From Eledone cirrhosa (Eukaryota), in the NCBI GenBank assembly GCA_964016885.1, contig OZ024752.1, forward strand, positions 29,016,001 to 29,080,000: DNA of 64,000 nucleotides, given 5' to 3'. Each line of letters begins with the position of its first letter. The first letter of the stretch is position 1. Made by a program: the position numbers and the translations under genes. Below the pieces are notes generated by a model. That model made no database searches. It was given only the letters and a program-made list of their open reading frames with translations, and was not told where the DNA came from. Below are positions 27,904-38,537 of the stretch, piece by piece.

Positions 27904-28375
27904 AACACACACACATATATATATATATAAAGACACTTGTGAGCAAGATGTGTAAACAACATATACTTCAAATAATAATTGTTTCTACTTTAGGCACAAG
28001 GCCAGCAATTACTGGTACTTCAAATAATAATACTTCAAATAATAATACAACACACTCGTTTGGTTTGGATTAGTTTTCGCTTCTGTATATTTTGTATCCC
28101 TATAGTTAACTTAGCTGGCCATCAATATTTATCATCGATTAGCCTAAGATATAAATATATGTATATAGTCTATCAAATTTCTTTTATATATATATATATA
28201 TATATATATCTATATATATATATATATATGTGTGTGTGTTTATCCCGAGTACAATCGGGGGAAACCACAGTAAGGTACTCAATACATAGCAGAGTATAAA
28301 TATTTAATATAGAAATGGCATATTATATATATATATATATATATATATACGCAAACTTTCTCTCATTCCCACTCT

Positions 28376-28446
<71 letters not shown>

Positions 28447-28829
28447 CTCTTATATAATATATATATATATATATATTCACTCTTATATAATATATATATT
28501 ATATAAGAGTGGAAATGAGAGAAAGTTTGCGTGTATGTATACATACACACACAAATGTGAAATGTCAAATATGTGATTTTTTGAATAAAAAAAAGTACTA
28601 TAGGGAATTTTGTTTTCATCTAGAGTACATATTTTTCTTTGAAATATGTGCTTTGTATATATACAATATATTGTATATTCTCTTGGATATATGGATTTTT
28701 CTCTCTCTATATATATACATATATTTTTACTTTTGAATTATTCAGTAATGTAATCACTCTGTAATTGTAAACATCTTGTATCACTATCATTCAGGTTTTG
28801 ATTTTACTGACGTCTTGCCCATGTGTTTT

Positions 28830-31252
28830 TTTTTTTTTTACACAAACTCACAAACTCACAATTTCGGTTTTTACTGCGAACTATTACGCAAACTCACAGC
28901 CTTAGATTAGATTTTGTATTTCTAGCGTTTTTATTTTCCTTCTCTTTGCACGTTCAGTGCTCTTTCTCTCCCACTGTATTTACCTGTTTCTCGCAGACCA
29001 TACTCCTCTTCACGCATTCATAATCTTCTCACCCCTTCTCCACTTTCTAACCCTCCCCTTGCTCACCCCTTACTTCGTCCTCGCGCACAGCCCACCTAGG
29101 TATTCGTTCAACCCGACGGTGGCCCGATGTTTTGACCGAACTATCACCGGCGATTGCCAATTGCTAAAGTTGCCACCACTTTAACCCAGTCCACTTTAGG
29201 TGGCGGTGGCATGCGTCGAACGACCAAGAGACCTGCTTGGTGGAACGACTATGTGACAAACGGTCAGCCTTCGACCTCTTATTCTCCACCAACTGCGGCA
29301 TGCACGAGAGGAGCTAACTTTCCCCCACCTACCCTTCTTCCTCTTCACGGCAGATTCCGAACGAATCCAACCCAGCCAACCACACTACAACTGTTAGCTC
29401 ACCACCCAACCTCCGCTTTAGTCCCACCGTTAGAACCACTGCTGTTTCCTTTACTGACTCACTCCCTCCACCGAATTTCAACGCTGGCCCTCTACTGCCG
29501 GCTGCTGCCAGCCCACCACCTGATTGCGCTCTCTGTGCCTGCACTAGCCGGTACTTAAAGACAATTAAATGTCACCTATGCCACGCATGCTACCACAGAA
29601 GCTGTGTCGGCATCACCAAAGCTCAAGCCAAAAGGCTTCAACACTGGACCTGTAATCGGTGCCACTTCAGCTCCGACGTATTCCGTGAGGATGCCCCACA
29701 CTTTGATGACCAACTCTCTACCGACAACTTTGCCACAACCCCCCAGGGCTTCTCCAAATCAAAGCTCGTTAACCGGATCTCTAAGGGAGCTCGGAATAGC
29801 TTTGCATGTACCCTCTCTAATTTACTGAAAAAAGTTTGCTCGTCCAACAATAGGTCTGAATGGCAGAAATTGTTTTTGTTTCTCCTCATCTCTCTTCACG
29901 TGCACAATGGGAACTCGGGTTCCCTCACGTCCTCTCTCAAGCAGCAGTTCCAGCTGTTTGAGTCCACCCCAACCACGTCTTATCTCAGTTCGACACCGAG
30001 CTCGGTGTCCACCAACAGACAACCCGTAGATCTCAAGCGAGCGGTCAATGCCAAATTCAACGAATTTGACATTAAAGGGGCTGTCCGTCTCCTCTCTTCT
30101 CTATTTTCCCTTGCTCCGTGTAACTCTGATTCTCTTGAGTGTCTGAAAGAGAAGCACCCATTGGCACCCCCCAGATGATCAGCTACACTGGCCTGAACCA
30201 CCAGAATACATGAGACCGGTTTACACCACCGATATCATCAGAAAGGCGATTTCATCCTTCCCCGCTGGGTCAGGCGCGGGAATTGACAGCCTTCGTCCTC
30301 AACACCTCAAGGATGGTATCTCCTTATTGGCCGGTGACGCCGGACTCGAGCTCCTGGAGAGTCTGACTCAGTTTGTGAATCAGTTTTCTTCAGTGAACGT
30401 TCTCCCGTTCATTCGCCCACTGTTCTTCGGTGCGAAGCTATTTGGTCTCACCAAGCCAAACGGGGACCTGCGCCCCATGGCTGCACTTCTCGCCGTCTCA
30501 CTGCAAAGGCATGTTTGTTGTTGGTCTCCGACTCACTGGCGGAGGAATTTTCCCCCATCCAGCTAGGGGTGGGTACCAGGTTGGGATGTGAGGCTGCTGT
30601 CCACGCTGCCAGAGCATTTGCCAACTTGCCCTCCTCATCCCCCAAGGTCATCCTCAAACTTGACCTCAGGAATGCCTTCAACTTCGTCAGCCGCGCCATC
30701 GTCCTCGGCTCAGTAAGAGAGAGGGGCCCGCACTGTTTGCACTGGGCATTGATGACATCACCAAGATGGGGGCTGAGTTGGACCTCAATGTCTGGTACCT
30801 CAGACGAAGTCAGAGAGCTTGGACAGCATAAGTTCGAAGGCCACCTTCGACTCCCTCTTCGTCCAGTCAGATCAGTTTGCAAGGTGCCGCTTACTATCTG
30901 CCAGCGTCAAATACTCAGGCGATTGGGTCGATGCCCTACCTGTGGCCAACGTTGGTGGCCTACTCACCTGGACGAACTTCGTGTCCCCATCGCCCTCAGA
31001 GTGGGAGCCGGCGTCTGCATGGGCTTGAGGTGCCGATGCGGCAAACTCCTCGACTCTACAGGCCTCCATGGTCTTGCCGCCTGAATGCCGGCCGCTTCGC
31101 ACGTCACACGGAGCTAAACCTCATTCTGAAGAGAGCTTTGGCCTGGGAGAATATCCCCTCAGTTTTGGAACCATCTGGGTTGTCCAGAAGTGACGGCAAA
31201 AGACCTGACGGTCTTACCCTGTGCCCCTGGTTGAGAGGCAGGTTATGTGCAT
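28830..31252 (+). mobile_element. CRE-like non-LTR retrotransposon (PHD, RT, restriction-like endonuclease), internally deleted
   Basis: PHD C4HC3 at 29522-29662; SFPAGSGAGIDSLRPQHLK, QLGVG...GCEAAVHAAR, LKLDLRNAFN; RHTELN...[21 protein letters not shown]. Confidence 0.8.
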
Positions 31253-31254
31253 AA

Positions 31255-31450
31255 CACTCCCTGAAACATAAGTAATACACATGTAAAGTTTGAAAAAAAT
31301 CGGTTGGGTACTTCTCGAGTTTTAGGGATTCAAACTCACGCACACACAGACATCCTCAGTTTTATATATATAGATATTTATCTATTTATCAGTTTTATAT
31401 ATATAGATATTTATCTATTTATCAGTTTTATATGTATAGATATTTATCTA
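31255..31450. mobile_element. Helentron/DINE-like non-autonomous end with tandem terminal repeats
   Basis: aaatcggttgggtacttctcgag...cacacacagaca...ttttatatatatagat repeated three times. Confidence 0.45.
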
Positions 31451-31571
31451 TACATATATATATATATTTTTGTTGTATAGATATTTATCTATACAACAAA
31501 AATACAGTGTTATTGCGATAATGTTATCATTGTGATAATGTTATCATTGTGATAATATTATCATTGCAATA

Positions 31572-31762
31572 ATAATTGTTTCTACTTTTGGCACAAGGCC
31601 AGCAATTACCCATTACATTACTGGTACTTTATTTTATCGACCCCCGTAAGGATGAAAGGCAAAGTTAACCTCGGCGGGATTTGAACTCAGTCCGTAAAGG
31701 GATGTAACTGTGCTGCAAAGCATGGCGTTATACTCTCTACCAATACTGCCAATCCACCACCC
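31572..31762 (-). mobile_element. Family A tRNA-SINE, near full length
   Basis: Reverse complement reads GGTGGATTGGCAGTATTGG...GAGTTCAAATCCCGCC plus core and tail. Confidence 0.88.
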
Positions 31763-32439
31763 TCAATAATAATATCAAATAATGATACACCACAAATCAA
31801 ACAAAGGTGAGATTTGTTTATCCGTCATGTACGGAAGCAATACTTAAAGGGATGATATCTCTCTCTCTCTCTCTTTGACCCCCCCCCCCCAAAAAAAAAG
31901 ATGCCTTGATACTTCATATAGCTTGTATTGAGGGACAATATCTTTATCAGTTGTCTACTGGATATATCTGTTAGACATGCAGTGACTAACAACAGAATGT
32001 TTTAAGTCTGCGTGTCTGACATTCATGCGTAGCTTGTGAATAAAAAATTCAAGGGGTATCGCTGGCCGTGGTTATCCCTCCCAAACATCTTTTGTAATGT
32101 ATCGTCTTATTGGCTAATTTCATCGTCTTATTGGCTAATCAACCAACGAGAGTAATTGTTGCTCATTTGCGCATTTTTCAGGTCTAGTCAATAATCTTCG
32201 GCAACTGCCTATATTATAAAGAACTTGTTTTAACGGTTTGTAATTCATTCATTCATTCATTTGCTTATATATATATGTATATATATATATTGTTATACTT
32301 TGGGAGGGTCATGTTGCCAATAAGAAACACACGCACCAGTTGCTTTCACTTCAATTTATTATAATAAATTTATAATAAATTTATAAATTTATAAATTTCT
32401 GGTTGGTTGGTTCCACAACCAGATAGTTGTTTATATATT

Positions 32440-32482
32440 GTCATAGTTCTTTCGTCACACACTCTGTGACCTCTTCAGTGAC
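32440..32482 (-). ncRNA. Minimal hammerhead ribozyme motif (left arm)
   Basis: Reverse complement of 32703-32745. Confidence 0.6.
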
Positions 32483-32702
32483 TGGGGATTCCTTTCTTTG
32501 TTTCAACACACAACACACACACACACACAGAACAAACAACCAACCAGTAACATGTAAATAAACAAATAAATAAATGAACATAAACACACACAGACACCCG
32601 GATGTGGCGCATGCGCAGACTGAGCACACAACACACACACAGAAACAAAATGGCGTAGGACAGAACAAAGGAGAGGCACAGAAACAAAGAAAGGAATCCC
32701 CA

Positions 32703-32745
32703 GTCACTGAAGAGGTCACAGAGTGTGTGACGAAAGAACTATGAC
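32703..32745 (+). ncRNA. Minimal type I hammerhead ribozyme motif (right arm)
   Basis: gtca-CTGAAGA-G-gtcaca/tgtgac-GAAA-gaac-TA-tgac. Confidence 0.65.
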
Positions 32746-33474
32746 AATATATAAACAACTATCTGGTTGTGGAACCAACCAACCAACCAGAAATTTATAA
32801 ATTTATAAATTTATTATAAATTTATTATAATAAATTGAAGTGAAAGCAACTGGTGCGTGTGTTTCTTATTGGCAACATGACCCTCCCAAAGTATAACAAT
32901 ATCAGTTTCAACACACGATTTCAGATAAAGAATCTTGCTAAACAAATTCAGAAACGATATATATATATATAAATATAGCGGTATATATATATATATATAA
33001 ATATAGCGGTTTTAAATTCTGCATCGTTTATGTCTGGTTGTGTTTCATTTTCTCTTTTTCATTTTCTCTTTTTTTCTCTCTATATAACGGCTATTTTCTC
33101 TCTTAACTACATACATCTCTCTTTACATTAATACTAGAGCTAAATAATTAAATAAATAAATAAATAAATGTATCAACCGATACTCAACTTCCTAGTTTCT
33201 CTATCTATCTCTATCTATCTCTTTCTTTTTTCCTCTCTCTATATATATATTTCTCTCTGTTTCTTTACATGAAGTTCTTCTCTTTATCTATCTTTCTATA
33301 TCTCTCTATTTAGTCACATGCATTTCTTCTTTTTCTTCGTTTCTCTTTCTTTCTCTCTTTATCTCTTTCTTTTTACAACTGTCCACAATATTTTTTACTG
33401 CCAAATCAACCTCCCAAATGCAAGGTGATTGAAAGGTATGTCCTATCTATTTATTTATAAGACTGTTTATATTG

Positions 33475-33540
33475 TATTTTGTCTGAAGAAGGCATAACAT
33501 ATTGTTAATGTGATATCCCTGAAATATATATAACGAAATA
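33475..33540 (+). ncRNA. Type I hammerhead ribozyme motif
   Basis: tattttgt-CTGAAGA-stem II-GAAA-tatata-TA-acgaaata; compensatory stem I change versus the 21276 copy. Confidence 0.82.
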
Positions 33541-33670
33541 AATATGGTTTTATAAATATAGTTTCCATTTATTTAATATCATAAATATACTCCAAATACT
33601 TGTTGAGTGCTTTTATATCAGTTATAAATATTTACTCGTTGTTAACCCAACAATTTAAATATAACTTTCC

Positions 33671-33726
<56 letters not shown>

Positions 33727-33810
33727 GTATATGTATATGTATATATATATGTGTATATGTATATGTATATGTATATATATGTGTATGTATATGTATATAT
33801 ATGTGCCCTA

Positions 33811-35648
33811 GATAGGAGTAACTATAGAGGCATTAAATTAATCGACCAGGTCATGAAGGTCACGGAAAAAGTAATAGCGCAACTAATCAGAGAGAGAATT
33901 GACCTAGATGAAATGCAGTTCGGGTTTGTGTCAGGCAAAAGTACCACAGACGCTCTTTTCATAGTACGACAACTACAGGAGAAGTACCTAGCTAAAGGTA
34001 AACCCCTCTACTTAGCTTTTGTCGACTTGGAGAAAGCCTTCGACAGAGTCCCCCGCTCCATTATCTGGTGGGCTCTTAGAAAACTAGGCGTTGACGAATG
34101 GCTTGTGAGGGCTATACAAGCCATGTATAAAGAAACAGTCAGCAAAGTTAGAATTAACAACGAATATAGTGAAGAGTTTAGCGTAAAAGTTGGCGTCCAT
34201 CAGGGCTCTGTTCTCAGCCCCCTACTATTTATTATTGCCCTTCAGGCTATAACAGAGGAGTTCAAGACAGGCTGCCCATGGGAACTCCTATACGCAGACG
34301 ACCTGACACTCATAGCGGAATCAATGGCCGAGCTAGAGAAGAAATTCCAAACATGGAAGCACGGCCTAGAGTCAAAAGGACTTAAAATTAACCTGGCTAA
34401 GACCAAAGTACTAGTTTGTAGGAAAGAAAACAAGGCGGCGGTCCCTTCTGGGAAATGGTCGTGCTCGGTGTGTAGAAACTCGGTGTGTAGAAACTCCATT
34501 TTATGTCCTAAATGCAAAGTATGGGTGCATAAAAGATGTAGTGGGATCACAGGTAAGCTAACTAAGAACATAGATTTTACATGTGGCCGGTGTTCTGGTG
34601 CAATAAGTAGCAGCAAGTGCCCACAAAATACTAGCTCTTTCAATTGCGCAGAGGGTTCTATAGAAATAGTGGACAGCTTCCGTTACCTGGGCGATAAAAT
34701 CAGCAGTGGGGGAGGGTGCTCTGAGAGTACTGTAGCTAGAGTCAGAACTGGTTGGAAAAAGTTCAGAGAGCTTATACCACTATTAGCTGCTAAAGGGTTC
34801 TCCCTAAAAATGAAAGGCAGGTTGTACGATGCCTGCATACGAACAGCAATGCTGCATGGCAGTGAGACCTGGGCATTGTGTGCAGAGGATATACGCAGAC
34901 TAGAGAGGAACGAAGCTTGCATGCTCCGCTGGATGTGTAACAGTAATATACGTGAACGGCAAAGCATAAACGAACTAAGGAAAAAATTAGAGATAAGAGG
35001 GATCAGATGTTGTTTACTCGAGAGAAGGCTACGTTGGTATGGACACGTGATGCGCATGAAAGTCGATAGCTGTATAACAAAGTGCAGGGCAATAAAGATA
35101 GACGGTAGTCACGGAATAGGCAGACCTAGAAAAACCTGGGACGAGCTGATAAACTCCGACATCACACACTTACACCTCTCCAAGACAATGTCACTGGACC
35201 GAGACCTTTGGCGGTACTCAGTAACAGAGAAGACCCGCCTTACCTAAATATATAGTAAAACCTACTCCAGCCAGTAGGCATCTCTAACAAAATACACCCC
35301 GTCCCACCACCCCCACCCCCACCCCATCCACACCACCCCGTTCTATGTAAAGTTATGTTGGTGCCGCGCCATCGAGGCTGAAACAAATGAGATCGTGTAG
35401 GTGTCACGACAAAAAAACACACAGTCCACGCTGTAATGTGGCCATGTAGGCAACACGGTAAAAAACCTCCCAGACCCACACTGTAAATGTGGTTGGTGTT
35501 AGGAAGGGCATCCAACTGTAGAAAACCTGCCAGACAGTCCTATGCGAGCAAGACAATCACTCTTGCCTCAAGTGGGACTACCCCCGTCCAAACCCATGCA
35601 AGCGTGGAACACGGACGTTAAACGTTGATGATGATGATGATGATGATG
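33811..35648 (+). mobile_element. RTE-clade LINE, 5'-truncated, with intact RT-PHD-C-terminal ORF (to 35247), 3'UTR and (GAT)n tail
   Basis: NYRGIKL, QFGF, FVDLEKAFDRV, GVHQGSVLSPLLF, LYADD, YLG, RLRWYGHV; tail ggacgttaaacgttgatgatgat. Confidence 0.93.
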
Positions 35649-35650
35649 TG

Positions 35651-36446
35651 TATAAGGTAAAGGTGTACAAGGCATGTGTGCTCTCTTGTCTTCTTTATGC
35701 CTGCGAGACCTGGGTCACATATTGACACCACCTTAAGCAATTGGAGTGTTTCCATCAGATGTGTCTCAGACGGATCCATGGCGTTCACTGGAGGGACAAC
35801 ATCAGTGATGTCGAGATTTTGGAAAGCTCTATGTGTGACAGTATAGAAGCTCTTGTGCTTAAGCAACGACTCCGTTGGAGTGGTCACCTTGCCAGGATGA
35901 AGGATTCTAGAATACCAAAACAACTCTTTTATGGAGAGTTGGTTAAAGGAAAACGACCGCCACATAAACCAAAAAAGAGGCATAAGGATTCCTTGAAAGC
36001 CTCTTTGAAAGACGCTAACATCTCTGCTGATACATGGGATAATATTGCTGCTGATCGTAATAAATGGAGAAAGACTGTATATGAGGGAAAAGTTGCCTTT
36101 GAGGCATCTCGAATTGCATACGAGAAAGTAAAGCGGGATGGTGCTGACATGCAGCGTCTGTGCGAGACTCTGCCTAAGCAAAGCTGGACTCGAAAGTCAT
36201 CTTCGCAGTCATAAAGTAAGACCAGTGGTTGACTACCAGGCTGCTGTTGGAGATGCTACTCATCATGCTTGCCAAACATGTGGTAAAGAATGTAAATCAG
36301 CAGGAGGGCTCAAACGACATGCAAAAGTACATGAACTCCAACCGCAGCCGGCTATTCCCAGTGAATGTTTTGGTTGCCGACTCTGTGCAAGACATTTTAG
36401 ATCATTGGCTGGGCTAAAAAGGCACATTCGATCGCAGCGCTGTTAG
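35651..36446 (+). mobile_element. RTE (BovB-like) LINE 3' fragment ending in three C2H2 zinc fingers
   Basis: FHQMCLRRI, RLRWSGHLARMKDSRIPKQLFYGEL; CxxC...HxxxH x3 at 36138-36446. Confidence 0.85.
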
Positions 36447-36805
36447 TTGCTATCGTGTGTGTGTGTGTCTATAGATATGTTTATGTGTGTGCGTGTATGT
36501 GTATATATATATGTATATGTTTATTATTATTGTTGTTGTTATTATTATTGTTGTTATTATTATTATTATTGTTATTAATGTATATGTGTGTGTGTATATA
36601 TGTGTGTGTATATGTGTATATGTATGTGTGTATATATATATGCAAGCGTCGAACATGGACGTTAAACGATGATGATGATATATATATATATTTATTTATT
36701 TTTTTTATTTTTTATTTATTTATTTATTAATTTATTTTTTTTATCCTCGTGCAATGGCCATACTTGATAACGAGGGGGCAGCCATCATATGTGTATATAT
36801 ATGTG

Positions 36806-36895
<90 letters not shown>

Positions 36896-36904
36896 ATATA
36901 TAAG

Positions 36905-38290
36905 AACAAAAGATGGTTAAAAGAGTTCCATGTATTTTATTATGCGCATTTCAAAAACAAATATCATCATGCAATAATATTTGTGTTTTCATCAGATAAA
37001 ACAGGAGGACATGATATGAAGGCTAAAAAACACTTGTGGATAGTTCAGTTTTAAATCAACATATGAAAAGTAGTTTTAGATTGATGTGTGATGTTGGGAA
37101 AAATATTTTATTTTGAGGGGGGTGGGGGGTGGAAAGGATGAAAAAGAGGAGGAGATGAGAGTAAAAAGTGGAGAGGGAGGAGTATAATGAGGAAGGATGA
37201 GATAGGAGGAGAGATGGGTGATAGAGAGAGAGAGATAGCTTTTATAACTGAGAAAAATATATTGTTTTACATAGAGAGGTTGAAAAACCGTTGGAAGATA
37301 ATGTATAAATTAAAAGAATTTGAAAATTAACGAAGAGAAAGATAATGTAAAGTTAAGGTTTGTATATTGAAGGGTTTAATAATATGTGCGATGAAAAGAA
37401 AATGTTAATATGTATTAAGAATAATATTTAAGGGTTTAATAATATGTGCGATGGAAAGAAAATGTTGATATGTATTATTAAAAAGAACAACAAGTAATTT
37501 AAGTAAGGATATATTGTGAGATGAGCATGAATAAGTTAGATGAAAGGGAGAAAAAAATAATGAATTGAGGATGAATAATCTAACGTCAAGAATATGTTTA
37601 TGTTTACGAAGGATTTTTACAAGGTGATATAGAGTAAGAATGTATTGTATTATGTAATAATTGTTTCTATGTTAGGCAACAGTGAGAAAAGGTACAGATT
37701 AGAGGTTAGACATTAAAAGAAAAAGACAAGAAAGTGAAGTGATAAATAGGAGTGATATAGAATGAGTAACAAGTATTATATAATGTATAATAAATAACTT
37801 TGAAATAAGGTAGAAAGATGGGTATATTTTTAAAGAAGTATATATATATATATGTGCCTTTGAGAAAAAGATTCTAAATTGATAAAGTTTTGGATATTAG
37901 CTGTATACTTTGTGGAATGTTTTGTGGAATTTATGCAAGCAGATAGAAAACAAGTCAGTGCGTCTATTTATTATAGAATCTAAATTAGATATAATGGTAA
38001 ATTTTTCATTTAGACGGAGATTGCAAATCTTGGATAGAGAACTGTTCAAGTATGGAGACGCAGAAGAAACCTTCTTCCAAAATATGCTATATTTAATATT
38101 TTTGTCTTTCAAGGACCATATGAGTTCTGAGAGAGCCGTGTTGGTTCTTTTAAGTTTGTATTTAAAAGACGAATGATGGTTATAAAGACGAGCTTTAAAG
38201 GAGGTGGAAGTGGAGCCAAAATAGGTGAAGGAATTGGTGTCAGTTATAACTTTACATTTATAAATTAAGTTTTTATCAAGACAATGGTAC
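36905..38290 (-). mobile_element. Penelope-like element 3' part: GIY-YIG endonuclease, pyrimidine-rich 3'UTR, terminal hammerhead
   Basis: ORF 37897-38292 LIYKC...YFGSTSTSFKARLYNH...ICNLRLNEKFTII. Confidence 0.82.
36933..37003 (-). ncRNA. Type I hammerhead ribozyme motif
   Basis: tgttttat-CTGATGA-aaac-acaaatat...atatttgt-tttt-GAAA-tgcgca-TA-ataaaata; stem III ATGCGCAT is a perfect palindrome. Confidence 0.85.
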
Positions 38291-38329
38291 ATGTATATAT
38301 ATATATATATGTATATATATATGTATAAG

Positions 38330-38537
38330 AATATGGAAGTTGAAGGACCCCATAGCCAGTGACAAATTTAAAAGCTTATTACTTGATGCCTTTGACAATA
38401 AGAAAGACGTGCAATATAGAGGAACAGTGGCAATTCTTGAAAGTGAACCTGCTGAAAGCAACGTATGAAATCTGTGGCTGGAGCAGACCTATTGGCATGA
38501 GGAGAATAACTTGGTGGTGGAACAGTAAGGTGGAAGA
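38330..38537 (+). mobile_element. RTE ORF fragment (endonuclease-RT linker)
   Basis: IEEQWQFLKVNLLKATYEICGWSR...TWWWNSKVEE. Confidence 0.7.

Larger units (their letters stand above)
32287..32902. repeat. Long inverted repeat derived from a Penelope-like element 3' end (arms 32287-32504 / 32681-32902)
   Basis: Arms identical except one AACC unit; spacer plus arm homologous to the 3' end of the PLE at 38538-38735. Confidence 0.92.

Noticed and set aside
29080-29220. HDV-like ribozyme in the CRE 5' region
   Set aside because: GC-rich, but I could not build the nested double pseudoknot by eye
33751-33810. N-terminus MYMYMY of the 498-aa ORF, and other YIYI/CVCV ORFs
   Set aside because: Microsatellite read-through
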